DNA of 64,000 nucleotides from positions 345,030,001-345,094,000 of the forward strand of contig OZ024743.1 in NCBI GenBank assembly GCA_964016885.1, written 5' to 3'. The notes below the pieces were generated by a model. That model saw only the letters and a program-made list of their open reading frames with translations. It was not told the origin of the DNA and made no database searches. Below, piece after piece: positions 13,700 through 26,884 of this stretch. Each line of letters starts with the position of its first letter. Position 1 is the first letter of the stretch. A program made the position numbers and the translations under genes. Source of the stretch: Eledone cirrhosa (taxonomy: Eukaryota).

Positions 13700-14496
13700 G
13701 AGCGAGCGAAATATGTATGATGAAGCGTAAATACTTAAATACCATAGATATATAATCATGCCAATTGTCTCAAATGCAGACAAATAAATTCCACAAAATG
13801 CAACAAGAATCAATAAGCATATACTGGTTCCATATTTACAAACAATATATTAGCCACAGAGTTTCTGCAGTGGAATCGTAGCAGCGTCATCATTACGTGT
13901 ATTAATGTACTGGATGATAACCTTAGTAGAAGGTTTATTTAGTTCAATGCTGGGAAGTTTTTTCCGTCTATATCTCATGATCTACTCCACACAGAATAAA
14001 GGTGTGTGGCTCACGCTCCTACGTTTGTAAGCTACATTTCTGGAGATTTCTGGAGTATGTTACTTTATTTCATATTGCTCCTGTCCACTAAGCTGGCAAT
14101 AATAAGTTATACCTGTAATTTAAAGGGCTAGACTTCCCAAGCACTATGGCACGCTGAATAATCCTTAGGATTCCGTTAAAGGCATCGCGATTGTGGAATG
14201 ATCAAATATTTCAAAATTAATTTCATGAACAGGCTGTTCCGTTGTTCAAACATATGAAACACTTGGCGATGGAAGTAACTGATATAAAACAACTCAAATC
14301 TCTGTTTGCTAAAATGGACGATAGGTTAACTGAGATCAATATTAATATAAAATGTAAGATATTCGTTAGGCCAGAAAGATTTCTACAGTCTTATGAAGCA
14401 GAGAAAAAGCTCTTTAGTATACCTTAGGGGGCGAGGATTTCACAGAAACCACGAATCTCGCTCGTTATTTTACATTTGATGCACTATGGAATAATA

Positions 14497-14738
14497 GTGG
14501 TTTCTTATTTAGGCACAAGGCCAGCAATTTTGGGGAGGGGGAAATCGATTAAATCGACTCCACTGATGACTGGTACTTTATATTATGTACCACATAAGGA
14601 AGAAAGGCGAAGTTAACCTAGACGGGATTTAAACTCAGGTCATAACGGGCCGTAACTCTATGCTGTACTGATTCTGTACTGATACTGTACTGATACTGTA
14701 CTGATACTGTACTGATACTGTACTGATACTGCCAATCC
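14497..14738 (-). mobile_element. tRNA-derived SINE copy with an internal 11-bp tandem expansion
   Basis: Reverse complement of the SINE consensus; (CTGTACTGATA)x6 at ~14663-14730 inside the head region. Another decayed minus copy lies at ~9960-10130. Confidence 0.75.
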
Positions 14739-15014
14739 TTAATAGTACGGCTGAAACATCATTTCTATACTTCAATATGATAATACAGGCACGAGAGACC
14801 TATTGCACTAGGTAGGATGCTCCTGTGGGTCCAAGTTTGTAATCAAGATGCAGCACATCTTCACTTCTCATAAAAGCACTAACATATAGATTAATCCTTA
14901 AACACCCTTATAAATAACAGTTTCCCTGAATAGAGTTATATATATATATATATATATATGATAATAATGATGGCTGCGCGTTGCAAATGGTGGTGCATAT
15001 GAAAAAGTAAGTCC

Positions 15015-15080
15015 TTCATCAGTGACCCTCCAAACGTCCCAGGCATTTCATCGCTTTAAGGGCCATATGCCTCAGGTTGG
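15015..15080 (-). ncRNA. Candidate non-circularly permuted hammerhead ribozyme
   Basis: Same motif as 16210-16275 with one mismatch in the distal helix. A third copy at 15514-15579 (+) has GAAA mutated to GACA. Confidence 0.65.
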
Positions 15081-16209
15081 GGCGAACAACGGCTAAAAAA
15101 AGTCGTTGGGACACGTAAATAAAGGGGACGTTAGGGTAACAAACAAAATGGTTTAAGCAACGGAAAGTGAGAAGAAATAGACAAGTCCCAGATCTCTATG
15201 AATATAAACTCGGTGAAATCGTGAACAAGAGACAAAAGACCATCAGACCTGGTTGAAATGTGAGCAAGGAAGGAATTTCGCACAGGTCTGACGGGGGGAA
15301 GAAAAGGAAGAAGAAGAAGAAGAAGAAGAAGAAGAAGAAGAAGAAGGGGTCTGGTCTATGAATTCGGTAAACATAAGTTTTGTGAAGTCACAGACGAAAG
15401 AGAGAGAGAAAAAAATTCCATACCAGCTTGACCGTTGCTTAAACCATTTTGTTTGTTACCCTAACGTCCCCTTTATTTACGTGTCCCAACGATTTTTTTA
15501 GCCGTTGTTCGCACCAACCTGAGGCATATGGCCCTTAAAGCGATGACATGCCTGGGACGGTTGGAGGGTCACTGATGAAGGACTTACTTTTTCATATGCA
15601 CCACCATTTGCAACGCGCAGCCATCATTATTATCATATTTACACATAATTTTTCTTCTGCTGCTACACGTCTGTTTCGTTCTTTGTACCTTTTACCCTTT
15701 CTCGTTCTTTGTACCTTTTACCCTTTCTAGCAGTCTCTCTCTCTGTTAGCCTCCTCCTCAACTTTCACTTACTCATTCTCTGTCACTACTTCTCCTCCTC
15801 CTCTTTCCTCCTCCTCCTTCAAGTTTGACCTGTGTGTAATTCTTTTCTCGCGCGTTCCTGGTCAAGCTGGTATGGAATTTTTTTCTCTCTCTCTTTCGTC
15901 TGCGACTTCACAAAACTTATGTTTACCGAATTCGTAGACCAGACCCCTTCTTCTTCTTCTTCTTCTTCTTCTTCTTCTTCTTCCTTTTCTTCCCCCCGTC
16001 AGACCTGTGCGAAATTCCTTCCTTGCTCACATTTCAACCAGGTCTGATGGTCTTTTGTCTCTTGTTCACGATTTCACCGAGTTTATATTCATAGAGATCT
16101 GGGACTTGTCTATTTCTTCTCACTTTCCGTTGCTTAAACCATTTTGTTTGTTACCCTAACGTCCCCTTTATTTACGTGTCCCAACGACTTTTTTTAGCCG
16201 TTGTTCGCA

Positions 16210-16275
16210 CCAACCTGAGGCATATGGCCCTTAAAGCGATGAAATGCCTGGGACGGTTGGAGGGTCACTGATGAA
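16210..16275 (+). ncRNA. Candidate non-circularly permuted hammerhead ribozyme with a kink-turn
   Basis: CCAACC-TGA-GGCAT-A-TGGCCCT-TAAAGCGAT-GAA-ATGCC-TGG-GA-C-GGTTGG-AGGGTCA-CTGATGA-A. Stem III GGCAT/ATGCC; stem I TGGCCCT/AGGGTCA; predicted cleavage after 16224. Confidence 0.7.
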
Positions 16276-16282
16276 GGACTTA

Positions 16283-16324
<42 letters not shown>

Positions 16325-16329
<5 letters not shown>

Positions 16330-16505
16330 GCAAACATCATGGGCTCTCTATCTCAAAATTATTTTTGAAAAGCATTAGAAATGCGCAACCGGTAAAACTT
16401 AAAACCAAAACTGAATACTAACCAATACTATTACTAATTTTCACTTATTCCTAATTAAACTATTTTTCACTGTGAACAATTTGTCAGCATTTTCTTTTAC
16501 GTTTA

Positions 16506-16559
<54 letters not shown>

Positions 16560-16925
16560 GAGAAGTACTATTTAAATTGTTGGGATACAACAAACAAATA
16601 TTTTTATAACTGATATAAAGCACTCAACAAATTATTGGAGTAAAAATACGATATATTAACAAATGGAAACTATATTTATAAAACCATATTTATTTCATTA
16701 TACATATTTCAAGGACACCAAGTTAAATTATGGTGTGCTTTCATCAGATAAAATATAATATAGAGCAGTTTTATAAATAAATATTGACATACCCTTAAAG
16801 AATGCGACCATTTCTGTTGGAAGCTACCTGATGAAAGCACACCATAATTTAACTTGGTGTCCTTGAAATATGTATAATGAAATAAATATGGTTTTATAAA
16901 TATACTTTACATTTGTTAATATATC

Positions 16926-16927
<2 letters not shown>
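16325..16927. mobile_element. Small PLE-associated element in (TA)n with a partial inverted copy
   Basis: ~16645-16747 is inverted at 16828-16927; flanked by (TA)n; carries an HHR. Confidence 0.65.
16692..16754 (-). ncRNA. Minimal type I hammerhead ribozyme
   Basis: ATTTTAT-CTGATGA-AAGCACACCA..TGGTGTCCTT-GAAA-TATGTA-TA-ATGAAAT; 7-bp stem I and a very short stem III. Confidence 0.6.
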
Positions 16928-16961
<34 letters not shown>

Positions 16962-17170
16962 TAAATAACAGGAAACTGCAACGATAAGCAGAGAATATCG
17001 GTGAGATGGATTATTATATGATGAAACTGAAGAGATAAATGTCACCAAGATACAACCGCCAACAGTGCAACATTTAAACATCTTGCTCTATTCATATGTA
17101 TGTATGTATGAATATATGTATGAGTGCGTGTACATAAAATATATGAATATATACATATACTTATATATAT

Positions 17171-17215
<45 letters not shown>

Positions 17216-17216
<1 letters not shown>

Positions 17217-17906
17217 GGATTAACAAATAATAGTTAAATGCAGTCCACTTAGGTGAAGTCCAGTTATGGTATTCCAGGTAGTGGATGATATTAACGCTTG
17301 GCTTGGTTTGACTCAACAAGGCGTTTTCATAGTGATGCTGCGGGTATGCTGTAATTCCTATGTTGTAAACACTTGGAGTAATAATAAATCAGGAAAGAAG
17401 GTTTACATGGTTTGCTATACAAAAAAGTTTTTATTCACATAGCTTACATTTGTTTCACTGAACTGGTATGTCTAGAGATCGCTATCCGCCTAATTTTGCG
17501 TCACTCGATCGCCAATACAGAATTATAACCAGTCAGATCTTCGGAGCATGCGAGAATGAAGAAAATACACAAGCAAGAAAATAAAAGAAAATATGGAGTA
17601 GTTATGGCATTCAATTAGAACAATAACAACAACAATTATTACAACAATGCTATCAATAAACTATTTAAGGAGACCCTGACATTACTTAGGTGGGGGGTAT
17701 ATAATGTATCTAATGTTACGGCGTGAAAACCAGCTGTCATAAGGCAAAAAGTATCGTAGTGTGTATCAATTTTAAATTATAAAGATAAGCTAGTTTTTAC
17801 AGTCTTTCTCTTCATCTTCAACCGTATACATGAGTGGGACCACTGTCAAAGCTCAATAGTTGTAGAGTTAATACAGAGTTTAACGAATTAATATACGCAT
17901 ATATCT

Positions 17907-17969
<63 letters not shown>

Positions 17970-18753
17970 AATATAAATACATATACACATATATGTGTAC
18001 ATAGACACATACATACACACTAATCTACACTCGTACAAAAATATACATACATGGAAAGAGAAAAGCGTGCTAATTGTAATATGGCAAAAAGAAGGTAAAG
18101 TAACATTGTAGTAGTGAAATGAGAAAAACTAGGATCTAGGATCAAATGATTGCAGCAGCTGAGAAGGAGTAAGATTGTTGGTAGATGAGGTATTTACAGA
18201 CTATTGTGTGGTATAGACTTGTGAAGGAAATAGTATACTTAATGAATATATTTTTTTGTGGGTAGTAGATATCCTAATTTAAAGCTGTGTTATGTTGGTT
18301 CGATTCACGGAGGTTTGAATCTTATGAATTTAGTGGCTATTCTATGTCTGCAGAAGATAGATCTTTCTAACTTAGACATAGAATAGCCACTAAATTCATA
18401 AGATTCAAACCTCCGTGAATCGAACCAACATAATATAGCTTTAAATTAGGATACCTACTACCCACAAAAAAATATATTCATTAAGTATACTATTTCCTTC
18501 ACAAGTCTATACCACACAATAGTCTGTAAATACCTCATCTACCAACAATCTTACTCCTTCTCAGCTGCTGCAATCATTTGATCCTAGATCCTAGTTTTTC
18601 TCATTTCACTACTACAATGTTACTTTACCTTCTTTTTGCCATATTACAATTAGCACGCTTTTCTCTTTGCATGTATGTATATTTTTGTACGCGTGTATAT
18701 TAGTGTGTATGTATGTGTCTATGTACACATATATGTGTATATGTATTTATATT

Positions 18754-18808
<55 letters not shown>

Positions 18809-19325
18809 AGATATATGCGTATATTAATTCGTTTAACTCTGTATTAACTCTACAACTATTGAGCTTTGACAGTGGTCCCACTCATGTATACGGTTGAAGA
18901 TGAAGAGAAAGACTGTAAAAACTAGCTTATCTTTATAATTTAAAATTGATACACACTACGATACTTTTTGCCTTATGACAGCTGGTTTTCACGCCGTAAC
19001 ATTAGATACATTATATACCCCCCACCTAAGTAATGTCAGGGTCTCCTTAAATAGTTTATTGATAGCATTGTTGTAATAATTGTTGTTGTTATTGTTCTAA
19101 TTGAATGCCATAACTACTCCATATTTTCTTTTATTTTCTTGCCTGTGTATTTTCTTCATTCTCGCATGCTCCGAAGATCTGACTGGTTATAATTCTGTAT
19201 TGGCGATCGAGTGACGCAAAATTAGGCGGATAGCGATCTCTAGACATACCAGTTCAGTGAAACAAATGTAAGCTATGTGAATAAAAACTTTTTTGTATAG
19301 CAAACCATGTAAACCTTCTTTCCTG

Positions 19326-19331
<6 letters not shown>
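17216..19331. mobile_element. ~2-kb palindromic insertion, probably head-to-head 3' ends of a PLE, in (TA)n
   Basis: Arms 17384-18349 and 18374-19331 are near-perfect inverted repeats with a 24-nt spacer. Each arm has an HHR-like motif. The inner end translates to RHRIATKFIRFKPP, weakly like a PLE endonuclease C-terminus. Confidence 0.7.
19165..19277 (+). ncRNA. Hammerhead-like motif (CCGAAGA core variant, long stem II); mirror copy at 17438-17550 (-)
   Basis: CATGCT-CCGAAGA-TCTGACTGGT...ACCAGTTCAGT-GAAA-CAAATG-TA-AGCTATG. Confidence 0.5.
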
Positions 19332-19360
<29 letters not shown>

Positions 19361-19363
<3 letters not shown>

Positions 19364-19562
19364 CGTAGAAAGTGTGGTAAGAAACCAGATGGACCATAAC
19401 GCACCAGAGTACTCAAGTACTCAATACTTAGCGTAGTAGAGTGGGTAATAGGAAAATGTTTAACCCCGACGGCAGAGGTCAAGCCGTTTCGACGGCTATT
19501 TCTGTCCAGAAATAGCCGTCGTAACGACTTGAGCTCTGCCGTCGGGGTTAAACATTTTCCTA
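19361..19562. repeat. Short insertion in (TA)n ending in a ~55-bp-arm foldback
   Basis: TAGGAAAATGTTTAACCCCGACGGCAGAG...CTCTGCCGTCGGGGTTAAACATTTTCCTA at 19449-19562. Confidence 0.7.
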
Positions 19563-20366
<804 letters not shown>

Positions 20367-20401
20367 ATACATATATAGTTGCACGTATGTGTATATATAT
20401 A

Positions 20402-20440
<39 letters not shown>

Positions 20441-20984
20441 GCATGTATGTGTATATATATATGTATGTATGTATGTATGTATATATAAATATACATGCAT
20501 ACGCATGAATGATTGAAAGTGTAATAAGTGTAAAAATATGAATACAGAATGCATGATACATTCAATAATATAGACTCTCACACAGAGATATTTACATTCA
20601 TACGTACATAGGGTCAAAGAAACACATTAGATCTGTATATATATCATATATATGAATGTATATATATATATATATATGTGTGTGTATATATAAGTATATA
20701 TTTCTACATACACACTCATGAAGGAGTAATACACGTTCTAGATTAATTCGGAAATGGATGTGAAATAAAAGGTGCAAACACGATCTTACATAAGCCTCCA
20801 GAAATGTCTTTCATAATTCTGAATGGCTTTGGATGTCACAAAATATTAATAGAACAACATAATAATGTTTATATTATATTTATGTGTATGTATCTATCTA
20901 TATCTGTATCTATCAATCTCTCTCCCACTCCCTCTCTCTCTCTGCCCCCTCCCTCTTTCTCTTCCCCCTCTCTCTCTCTTTCAC

Positions 20985-21049
<65 letters not shown>

Positions 21050-21514
21050 TGGCTGCCAACTCGTTTTCGAGTACGGCCACTACTTTATATCCATGTAGGA
21101 GAACCCCTACCGATGCGCTGAACGAGTGTGACTTTTTAATCCAGCCAGCGGCTTGAAAACTCTGGTACAAACACTACACTTGTGACAATTATTGTAACAT
21201 AGTGCTGGGCCCATGGTACCATGTGAGGACGAGTGCAGAGAGATCTCCAGATATAAAGCAATGCCTGTGCCGTGAAGCTTTTATAGTGAGCAAAGTCACT
21301 GCAGAAAGCCAGTCCCACTCTCTTGACCATGTATATATATATACATACAGACAACATATTTTTCTTGCTGGCAAATACATTTTCATTGTTTGCACAGAAA
21401 TGTTGGTAGTCAAAATTTCATTGTGTAGGTAACTTTCGGTACTCGACAAACACAAGAGGTGTTCGTACGTGATTTGCTGTTACTTATTGTTTGTTTGCAT
21501 ACATATATATATAT

Positions 21515-22179
21515 AAATGAAAGTTAGAGTTAATAACTCTTACTGAAACCCTGTAATCAATAAGCTCCAAGTATAAATACTGAGCATTATAATAATAATA
21601 TATAGGTAGTAAGAAACACAGTAAATCGTGTGTCTAATATTACGAGGGTTGAAAGACCACATTTGTTTGAAATATTTAACCATGAAGTATTTAACCATGA
21701 AATATTTAACCATGAAATATTTAACCATGCTCAGTATTTATGCTTGGAGCTTATTGATTAAAGGGTTTCAGTAAGAGTTATTAACTCTAACTTTCATTTA
21801 TATTTCGGCTCCCTCACGAGGTGAGCTTATTAAGTTGCGTGTGTTGGACTCTTGTTTCTAACCAATACATTCATACCACTTTTGACTTACGGCGCACGAG
21901 GTGATAAATTCATCTTTCTGTGTGAACGTTGGTACTAGGTGTTTGTCGCATTTAATCACATTCTCTCGCTGATGATGCCCAGGATTATCTGTTACAAACA
22001 CACTCAGGGCGAAACAGATTATCCCTAATCTGTCCGAGAGATATAATTGTTATTGAGGCGGTTTGTATAATATAATTTTATTTTATTTTATCATCCTGCC
22101 TGCTTCATGGTTAAATATTTCAAACAAATGTGGTATTTCAACCCTCGTAAGGTTAGACACACGATTTACTGTGTTTCTT

Positions 22180-22183
<4 letters not shown>
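21515..22183. mobile_element. ~460-bp HHR element (+, 21727-22183) preceded by an inverted junction-spanning fragment, in (TA)n
   Basis: 21516-21587 is the inverse of 21727-21799; 21608-21685 is the inverse of 22106-22183; a 15-bp tandem (TATTTAACCATGAAA)x4 sits at the inversion point. Confidence 0.75.
21962..22041 (+). ncRNA. Type I hammerhead ribozyme
   Basis: TCTCTCG-CTGATGA-T-GCCC..GGGC-GAAA-CAGATT-ATCCCT-AATCTG-TC-CGAGAGA; all three stems pair perfectly; GUC cleavage after 22034. Confidence 0.9.
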
Positions 22184-22268
<85 letters not shown>

Positions 22269-22297
22269 ATATATATATATATATATACATATATATA

Positions 22298-22388
<91 letters not shown>

Positions 22389-22409
22389 TATACATATATA
22401 TATTCATAT

Positions 22410-22678
22410 TCGCTGTTTTGTTACTGTTTTCTCTTTTCTTCCCCTTTGCTTTCCTTCCCTCCTTCCTTCGTTTTCCCAATAACTTATCCAGTTATGGACG
22501 CCCTGGGGCGTGGTATATTGTCTTTAAAGTGTAGAAATATCCGAGACCCCCAATAGACAACTGATGAGGAAAACTCCCCCCCCCCGTTCTTGGTTTCTTC
22601 GTATGCCCACTGCATTTTAAGTTACCTTAAATAGCAACTACACAGCCATTTCTATTCTCCATATATTTCATCATTATA
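22410..22678 (+). mobile_element. Non-coding element family W in (TA)n; second copy at ~24592-24870
   Basis: The two copies align along their length. Both carry the permuted-hammerhead motif (22504-22568, 24707-24772). Confidence 0.7.
22504..22568 (+). ncRNA. Permuted-hammerhead motif, family W variant (partly degenerate)
   Basis: TGGGG..GGTAT-A-TTGTCT-TTAAAGTGTA-GAA-ATATC-CGA-GA-C-CCCCA-AT-AGACAA-CTGATGA. The copy at 24707-24772 has an intact k-turn but a damaged core. Confidence 0.5.
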
Positions 22679-22947
22679 TATATGATTCGTTAGCTTAGCT
22701 GCAGCCAGAGCTTCGATTATGCTGTACTAACTTTTGTATTATTATCTCATAGACTTAATGATTAATTGATTAATTTAATTAGACAATTCTATCGATTGGT
22801 TAATTGTTTATGTTTGTTTAATAACATCTAGTTATTAGCTACAGCTTTATTCAGTTTGTGAAAAGGAATTTATTCCGATTGCATTCGTTAGCATAGCTGC
22901 AACCAGAGCTTCGATTATGCTGTACTAACTTTTGTACATATATATAT

Positions 22948-23115
22948 ATTAAAATAACGGATTAAAGTTTAAGCAAAGAAGAGCTGCTTTCCCGTTAACG
23001 GGATCTTCTGAAACTAAAACAATCAATGTTCACAGACTGATTTTTTTAGTTTTAGAAGATCCCGTTAAGGGTGAAAGCACCGATTCTTTGCTTAAACTTT
23101 AATCTGTTATTTTAA
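22948..23115. repeat. Imperfect foldback (~75-bp arms) in (TA)n
   Basis: ATTAAAATAACGGATTAAAGTTTAAGCAAAGAA...TTCTTTGCTTAAACTTTAATCTGTTATTTTAAT. A separate piece at 22684-22937 has ~52-bp direct terminal repeats. Confidence 0.65.
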
Positions 23116-23173
23116 TAAATATTTTATCCTTATCGAGCCCTCTTTGGATTTTAGTCTTCAAATATATTATTAT

Positions 23174-23235
<62 letters not shown>

Positions 23236-23519
23236 CTCTATATTTATCTCCAAATTATTTATTTGTTGAGCAAACCTGCCAAAACCACTACTAATTCATT
23301 GGTGTGGTCGTAGGCTTCTGTCATCTTACTATCCCACTCCTTCCGACTAGCCTCAGTGTCACGTGATTGATTCTTTAGAATCTGCCATTTGACCAGAGAC
23401 AGCGAGCTTTTCAGTGCATGGAATCCAGTCCCCGCTAGCTGTTCCATCTACCGAATTATTATTATTTTTATATGAGTCCCCGGTGTCCGCGCATTGCCTG
23501 GAGACTTAGCTGAGAATAG

Positions 23520-23601
23520 ACTCCCTGATGACGCAATGAATTCTCGACGGTTATATTACGTAACTGTCTTTATCCCATTGCAGAAACTAATTAGTTGGAG
23601 T
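23520..23601 (+). ncRNA. Type I hammerhead ribozyme with palindromic stem III, in a ~435-bp insertion (23233-23669) in (TA)n
   Basis: ACTCC-CTGATGA-C-GCAATG...CATTGC-A-GAAA-CTAATTAG-TT-GGAGT. Confidence 0.75.
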
Positions 23602-23665
23602 GAAAATTTTAGTAAGTAAGTTAATTTTTTTAATCTTTTTTTTTTAATTTTCTTATTTTACGTCC

Positions 23666-23760
<95 letters not shown>

Positions 23761-23942
23761 AAAGTATTTTTTCCTACATGTAATTAATACACACAGGGAT
23801 ACAAGTATAGTCCGACCATATGCCAGTGTGGTTCAATGGTAAGTTAATAAATTAACAAGCTAGAACATATAAAATTAAAGAAAAGCAAATACAGAAAAAA
23901 TTCCAAAATAAAATTTAAAAAATTCACTGTTCTTACTATATG

Positions 23943-24025
23943 TGCCTTTACCGCGGTTTCAAATCCCAAACGAATAGATAACCCAGGCGGAATTCCAATG
24001 AGAAAGAGATTATCGTCAGAAGGCA
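23943..24025 (-). ncRNA. Type I hammerhead ribozyme, palindromic stem III
   Basis: TGCCTT-CTGACGA-T-AATCTC...GGGATT-T-GAAA-CCGCGG-TA-AAGGCA. Confidence 0.85.
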
Positions 24026-24412
24026 TTTCTCTCTCGGAGAATATAAAATTCCCAAGTTAAAAATTTCAAACTGGCGCCATTCGAAACTGCCTCAGAATGA
24101 GAGTAAATGAATGATAAAACAGTTTTGTCATGGTACCTTGTGCAAAGGCGAAGCACGGTGGACAGGTCAATCCTGTACTGCTAAAAATAGCAGCCACTCA
24201 AACGACCAAGGCTTTCTCTACCATTGGGGAGAATAATAATAAAAGTATGTTTGCCTACATGTAATTAATACACACAGGGATACAAGTATAGTCCGACCAT
24301 ATGCCGGTGTGGTTCAATGGTTATCATTCATTTACTCTCATTCTGAGGCAGTTTCGAATGGCGCCAGTTTGAAATTTTTAACTCTGGAATTTTATATTCT
24401 CCGATAGAGAAA

Positions 24413-24490
24413 TGCCTTCTGACGATAATCTCTTTCTCAAATCCGCATGGATTATCTATTCGTTTGGGATTTGAAACCGCGGTAAGGGCA
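24413..24490 (+). ncRNA. Type I hammerhead ribozyme (inverted partner of 23943-24025)
   Basis: TGCCTT-CTGACGA...GAAA-CCGCGG-TA-AGGGCA. Confidence 0.8.
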
Positions 24491-24553
24491 CAGATAGTAC
24501 AGTGAATTTGAAAAAAATTATTTTGGAATTTTTTCTGTATTTGCTTTCCCTTG

Positions 24554-24594
<41 letters not shown>

Positions 24595-25029
24595 CTCGAT
24601 TTGTTTTTTTTTCGCTGTTTTTTTTTACTGTTTTCTCTTTTCTTCCCTTTTGCTTTCCTTCCCTCCCTCCTCCGTTTTCCCAATAACTTATCCAGTTATT
24701 GACGCCCTGGGGTGAGATATCTTGTCTTTAAAGCGTAGAAATATCCGAGACCCCCAGTAGACACTTGATGAGGAACCCCCCCGTTCTTGCTTTCTTCGTA
24801 TTCCCACTGCATTTTAAATTACCTTAAATAGCAACTACAAAGCCATTTCTAGTCTCCATATATTTCATTATATATATAATTAGAAAGTGAACAACGCAAT
24901 ATAACTAGTCCATTACTAAAGGTTTCAAGACGCTAGACAATATTAACACACACACACACACACACAAACATATATATATATATATATATATAATCACTAT
25001 ATTGAATAACATTTTCAGCGATATATAAA

Positions 25030-25345
25030 GCGACGTCTTTCTATAGGATGATGCTGAACTAAACCTGTCTTTCCACGCGAGGTACAGGATTGACCTCATG
25101 CGTCTCATCTTGAATGCATTCACTTTTTACCTGTTTGTTTTCTAAAAACTTTGAGTCGGATCCGAAGAATAGAGATGATAATCCTATTTATCGACATATT
25201 TTACATTCCAGTTCAACCATAATATGATAGGTGTTCCCATTCAATGCCGAGCTGGACTTGTTCATCCTGCAATCAATTTCGTCACAGAGACTACCATCGC
25301 CAATACTTGTACTGCACTGCAGATATGTAAAATGGTTTGATGCTC
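25030..25345 (-). mobile_element. Old RTE-like LINE fragment
   Basis: HFTYL..S...EIDCRMNKSSSA and LNAFKMRRMRSILYLAWKDR resemble the post-RT region of the RTE at 2200-2650. Confidence 0.55.
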
Positions 25346-25557
25346 TCAGCTTTAATATTGTATATATGCACACGTACACACGCATACATACACGCACGCA
25401 CACACACACACACACATGTACACACACACCCACGCACACACATATCCACTCGCATAAATATATATATAATTGTGTGTATGTATAGCTGTTTAATTTGACT
25501 GTAAGTTGCTACCTATCTGTTTATATATCAAACAATCAATCAATTTCTCTATCCATT

Positions 25558-25618
<61 letters not shown>

Positions 25619-25620
25619 AT

Positions 25621-25723
25621 CTATTGTTATTGCCTCCTCCTTATTGAGGACGCCTTTTTATGTAAACTCTCCCCATTGTACTTGTCCCACTTTTTGATGC
25701 CCTGGTGGCAAATAAAAAGAAAG
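25621..25723 (+). mobile_element. Tx1-like LINE 3' UTR stub between (TCTA)n tracts
   Basis: Near-identical to 26672-26769. Confidence 0.8.
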
Positions 25724-25770
<47 letters not shown>

Positions 25771-26768
25771 GACCGAGAAAACTGGGCGCCTGGCACACTG
25801 AGTGTGCCCAGGCGCTCACCGCCCTCTGGCAGGCGGATCCGGTTATCAGTGGAGACTCCACCGCAACATTCTATAGAGGGCTGGTACGCAGCAGGTGCGA
25901 CGACGCCCTCGGAGAAGCCCTAGACATGGAGGAGGACGAACTGGCCAGCCTGTTCGGTAGGACATTCAGCCCGGGACCTATGGACAACTTCCAGAAGTCC
26001 CTGGCCTGGCAGTGCTACCGAGGGGCTTTACCCGTTCGAGAAAGGCTCTACAGACACGGGCGCCCGGGTAGGGACCCCGCCAAAAAGATCTGTCCCAGAT
26101 GCGTGTGCGACGAGGAAACCGTTGCACACGCATTAGTACACTGCTCGGGCGTAGCCGATCTGTGGGGCTATGTCGAACAACTGCTGTCAAGGGTGGGACC
26201 GATCCGGTTGACCACCGAGTCTATTGTAATGATCAAGCCGCCTCCCCCCTTCAAAGATGAAGCAGAGGCGGTGTTTCTGTGCGTAATAGCCATGGCGAAA
26301 GAGGTTGTATGGTGGACGCGTCTGAAAGGACTGAGGTCGGGCACCTTTCTCTCTGGCCAACAACTGGTCCGTTTCTTCCGATATCATTTCGGAAGAAGGA
26401 TCAGGATGGAGAGAGAGGTGCTGCACCCCAGCCGTTTCTATGAAAGATGGGTGAAAGTGGCGAGAATGGCCCGTGTGAATGGGCCTTCACTCTACATCAG
26501 ACTATAGGTGAGGAAGATGAAAGACCAAGGGAGTACCCCTTCTCTGTGCTCCTGAGGAGAAGGGTTGCACACTTTTTTCGGGGGTGTGTGCGACCCCCCA
26601 AGGCGCCTCCTCTCTATTGAGGATTTTGTTAAAAATTTTATTTTTTGTTATATCTTATTTTATTTTTATATTTTGTTATTGCCTTCTCCTTATTGAGGAC
26701 GCCTTTTTGTGTAAACTCCCCCCTTTGTACTTGTCCCACTTTTGATGCCCTAGTGGCAAATAAAAGAA

Positions 26769-26769
<1 letters not shown>
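25771..26769 (+). mobile_element. 5'-truncated Tx1-like LINE (ORF2 C-terminus plus 3' UTR)
   Basis: ORF ending at 26507 with the CPRCVCDEETVAHALVHC zinc finger; paralogous to 28652-29389; (TCTA)n on both sides. Confidence 0.9.
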
Positions 26770-26857
<88 letters not shown>

Positions 26858-26884
26858 CATATAGATAAAGTAGATATACATATA

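Larger units (their letters stand above)
14960..16288. mobile_element. Non-coding element family X, composite head-to-head insertion in (TA)n, with three permuted-hammerhead motifs
   Basis: 14960-15430 is the inverse of 15860-16288 and 15435-15640. The right part is ~1.3 tandem units. Homologous to 19726-20366 and 60314-61132. Confidence 0.8.
23755..24555. mobile_element. PLE pseudo-LTR-like element, partial tandem plus inverted copy, in (TA)n
   Basis: Direct repeat 23757-23840/24238-24321; inverted repeat ~23885-24117/24321-24550; an HHR in each inverted arm. Confidence 0.75.

Noticed and set aside
26645-26884. N-terminal 80 aa of the 914-aa ORF
   Set aside because: Read-through of the preceding element's 3' UTR and (TCTA)n; homology to the paralogue starts near 26885.
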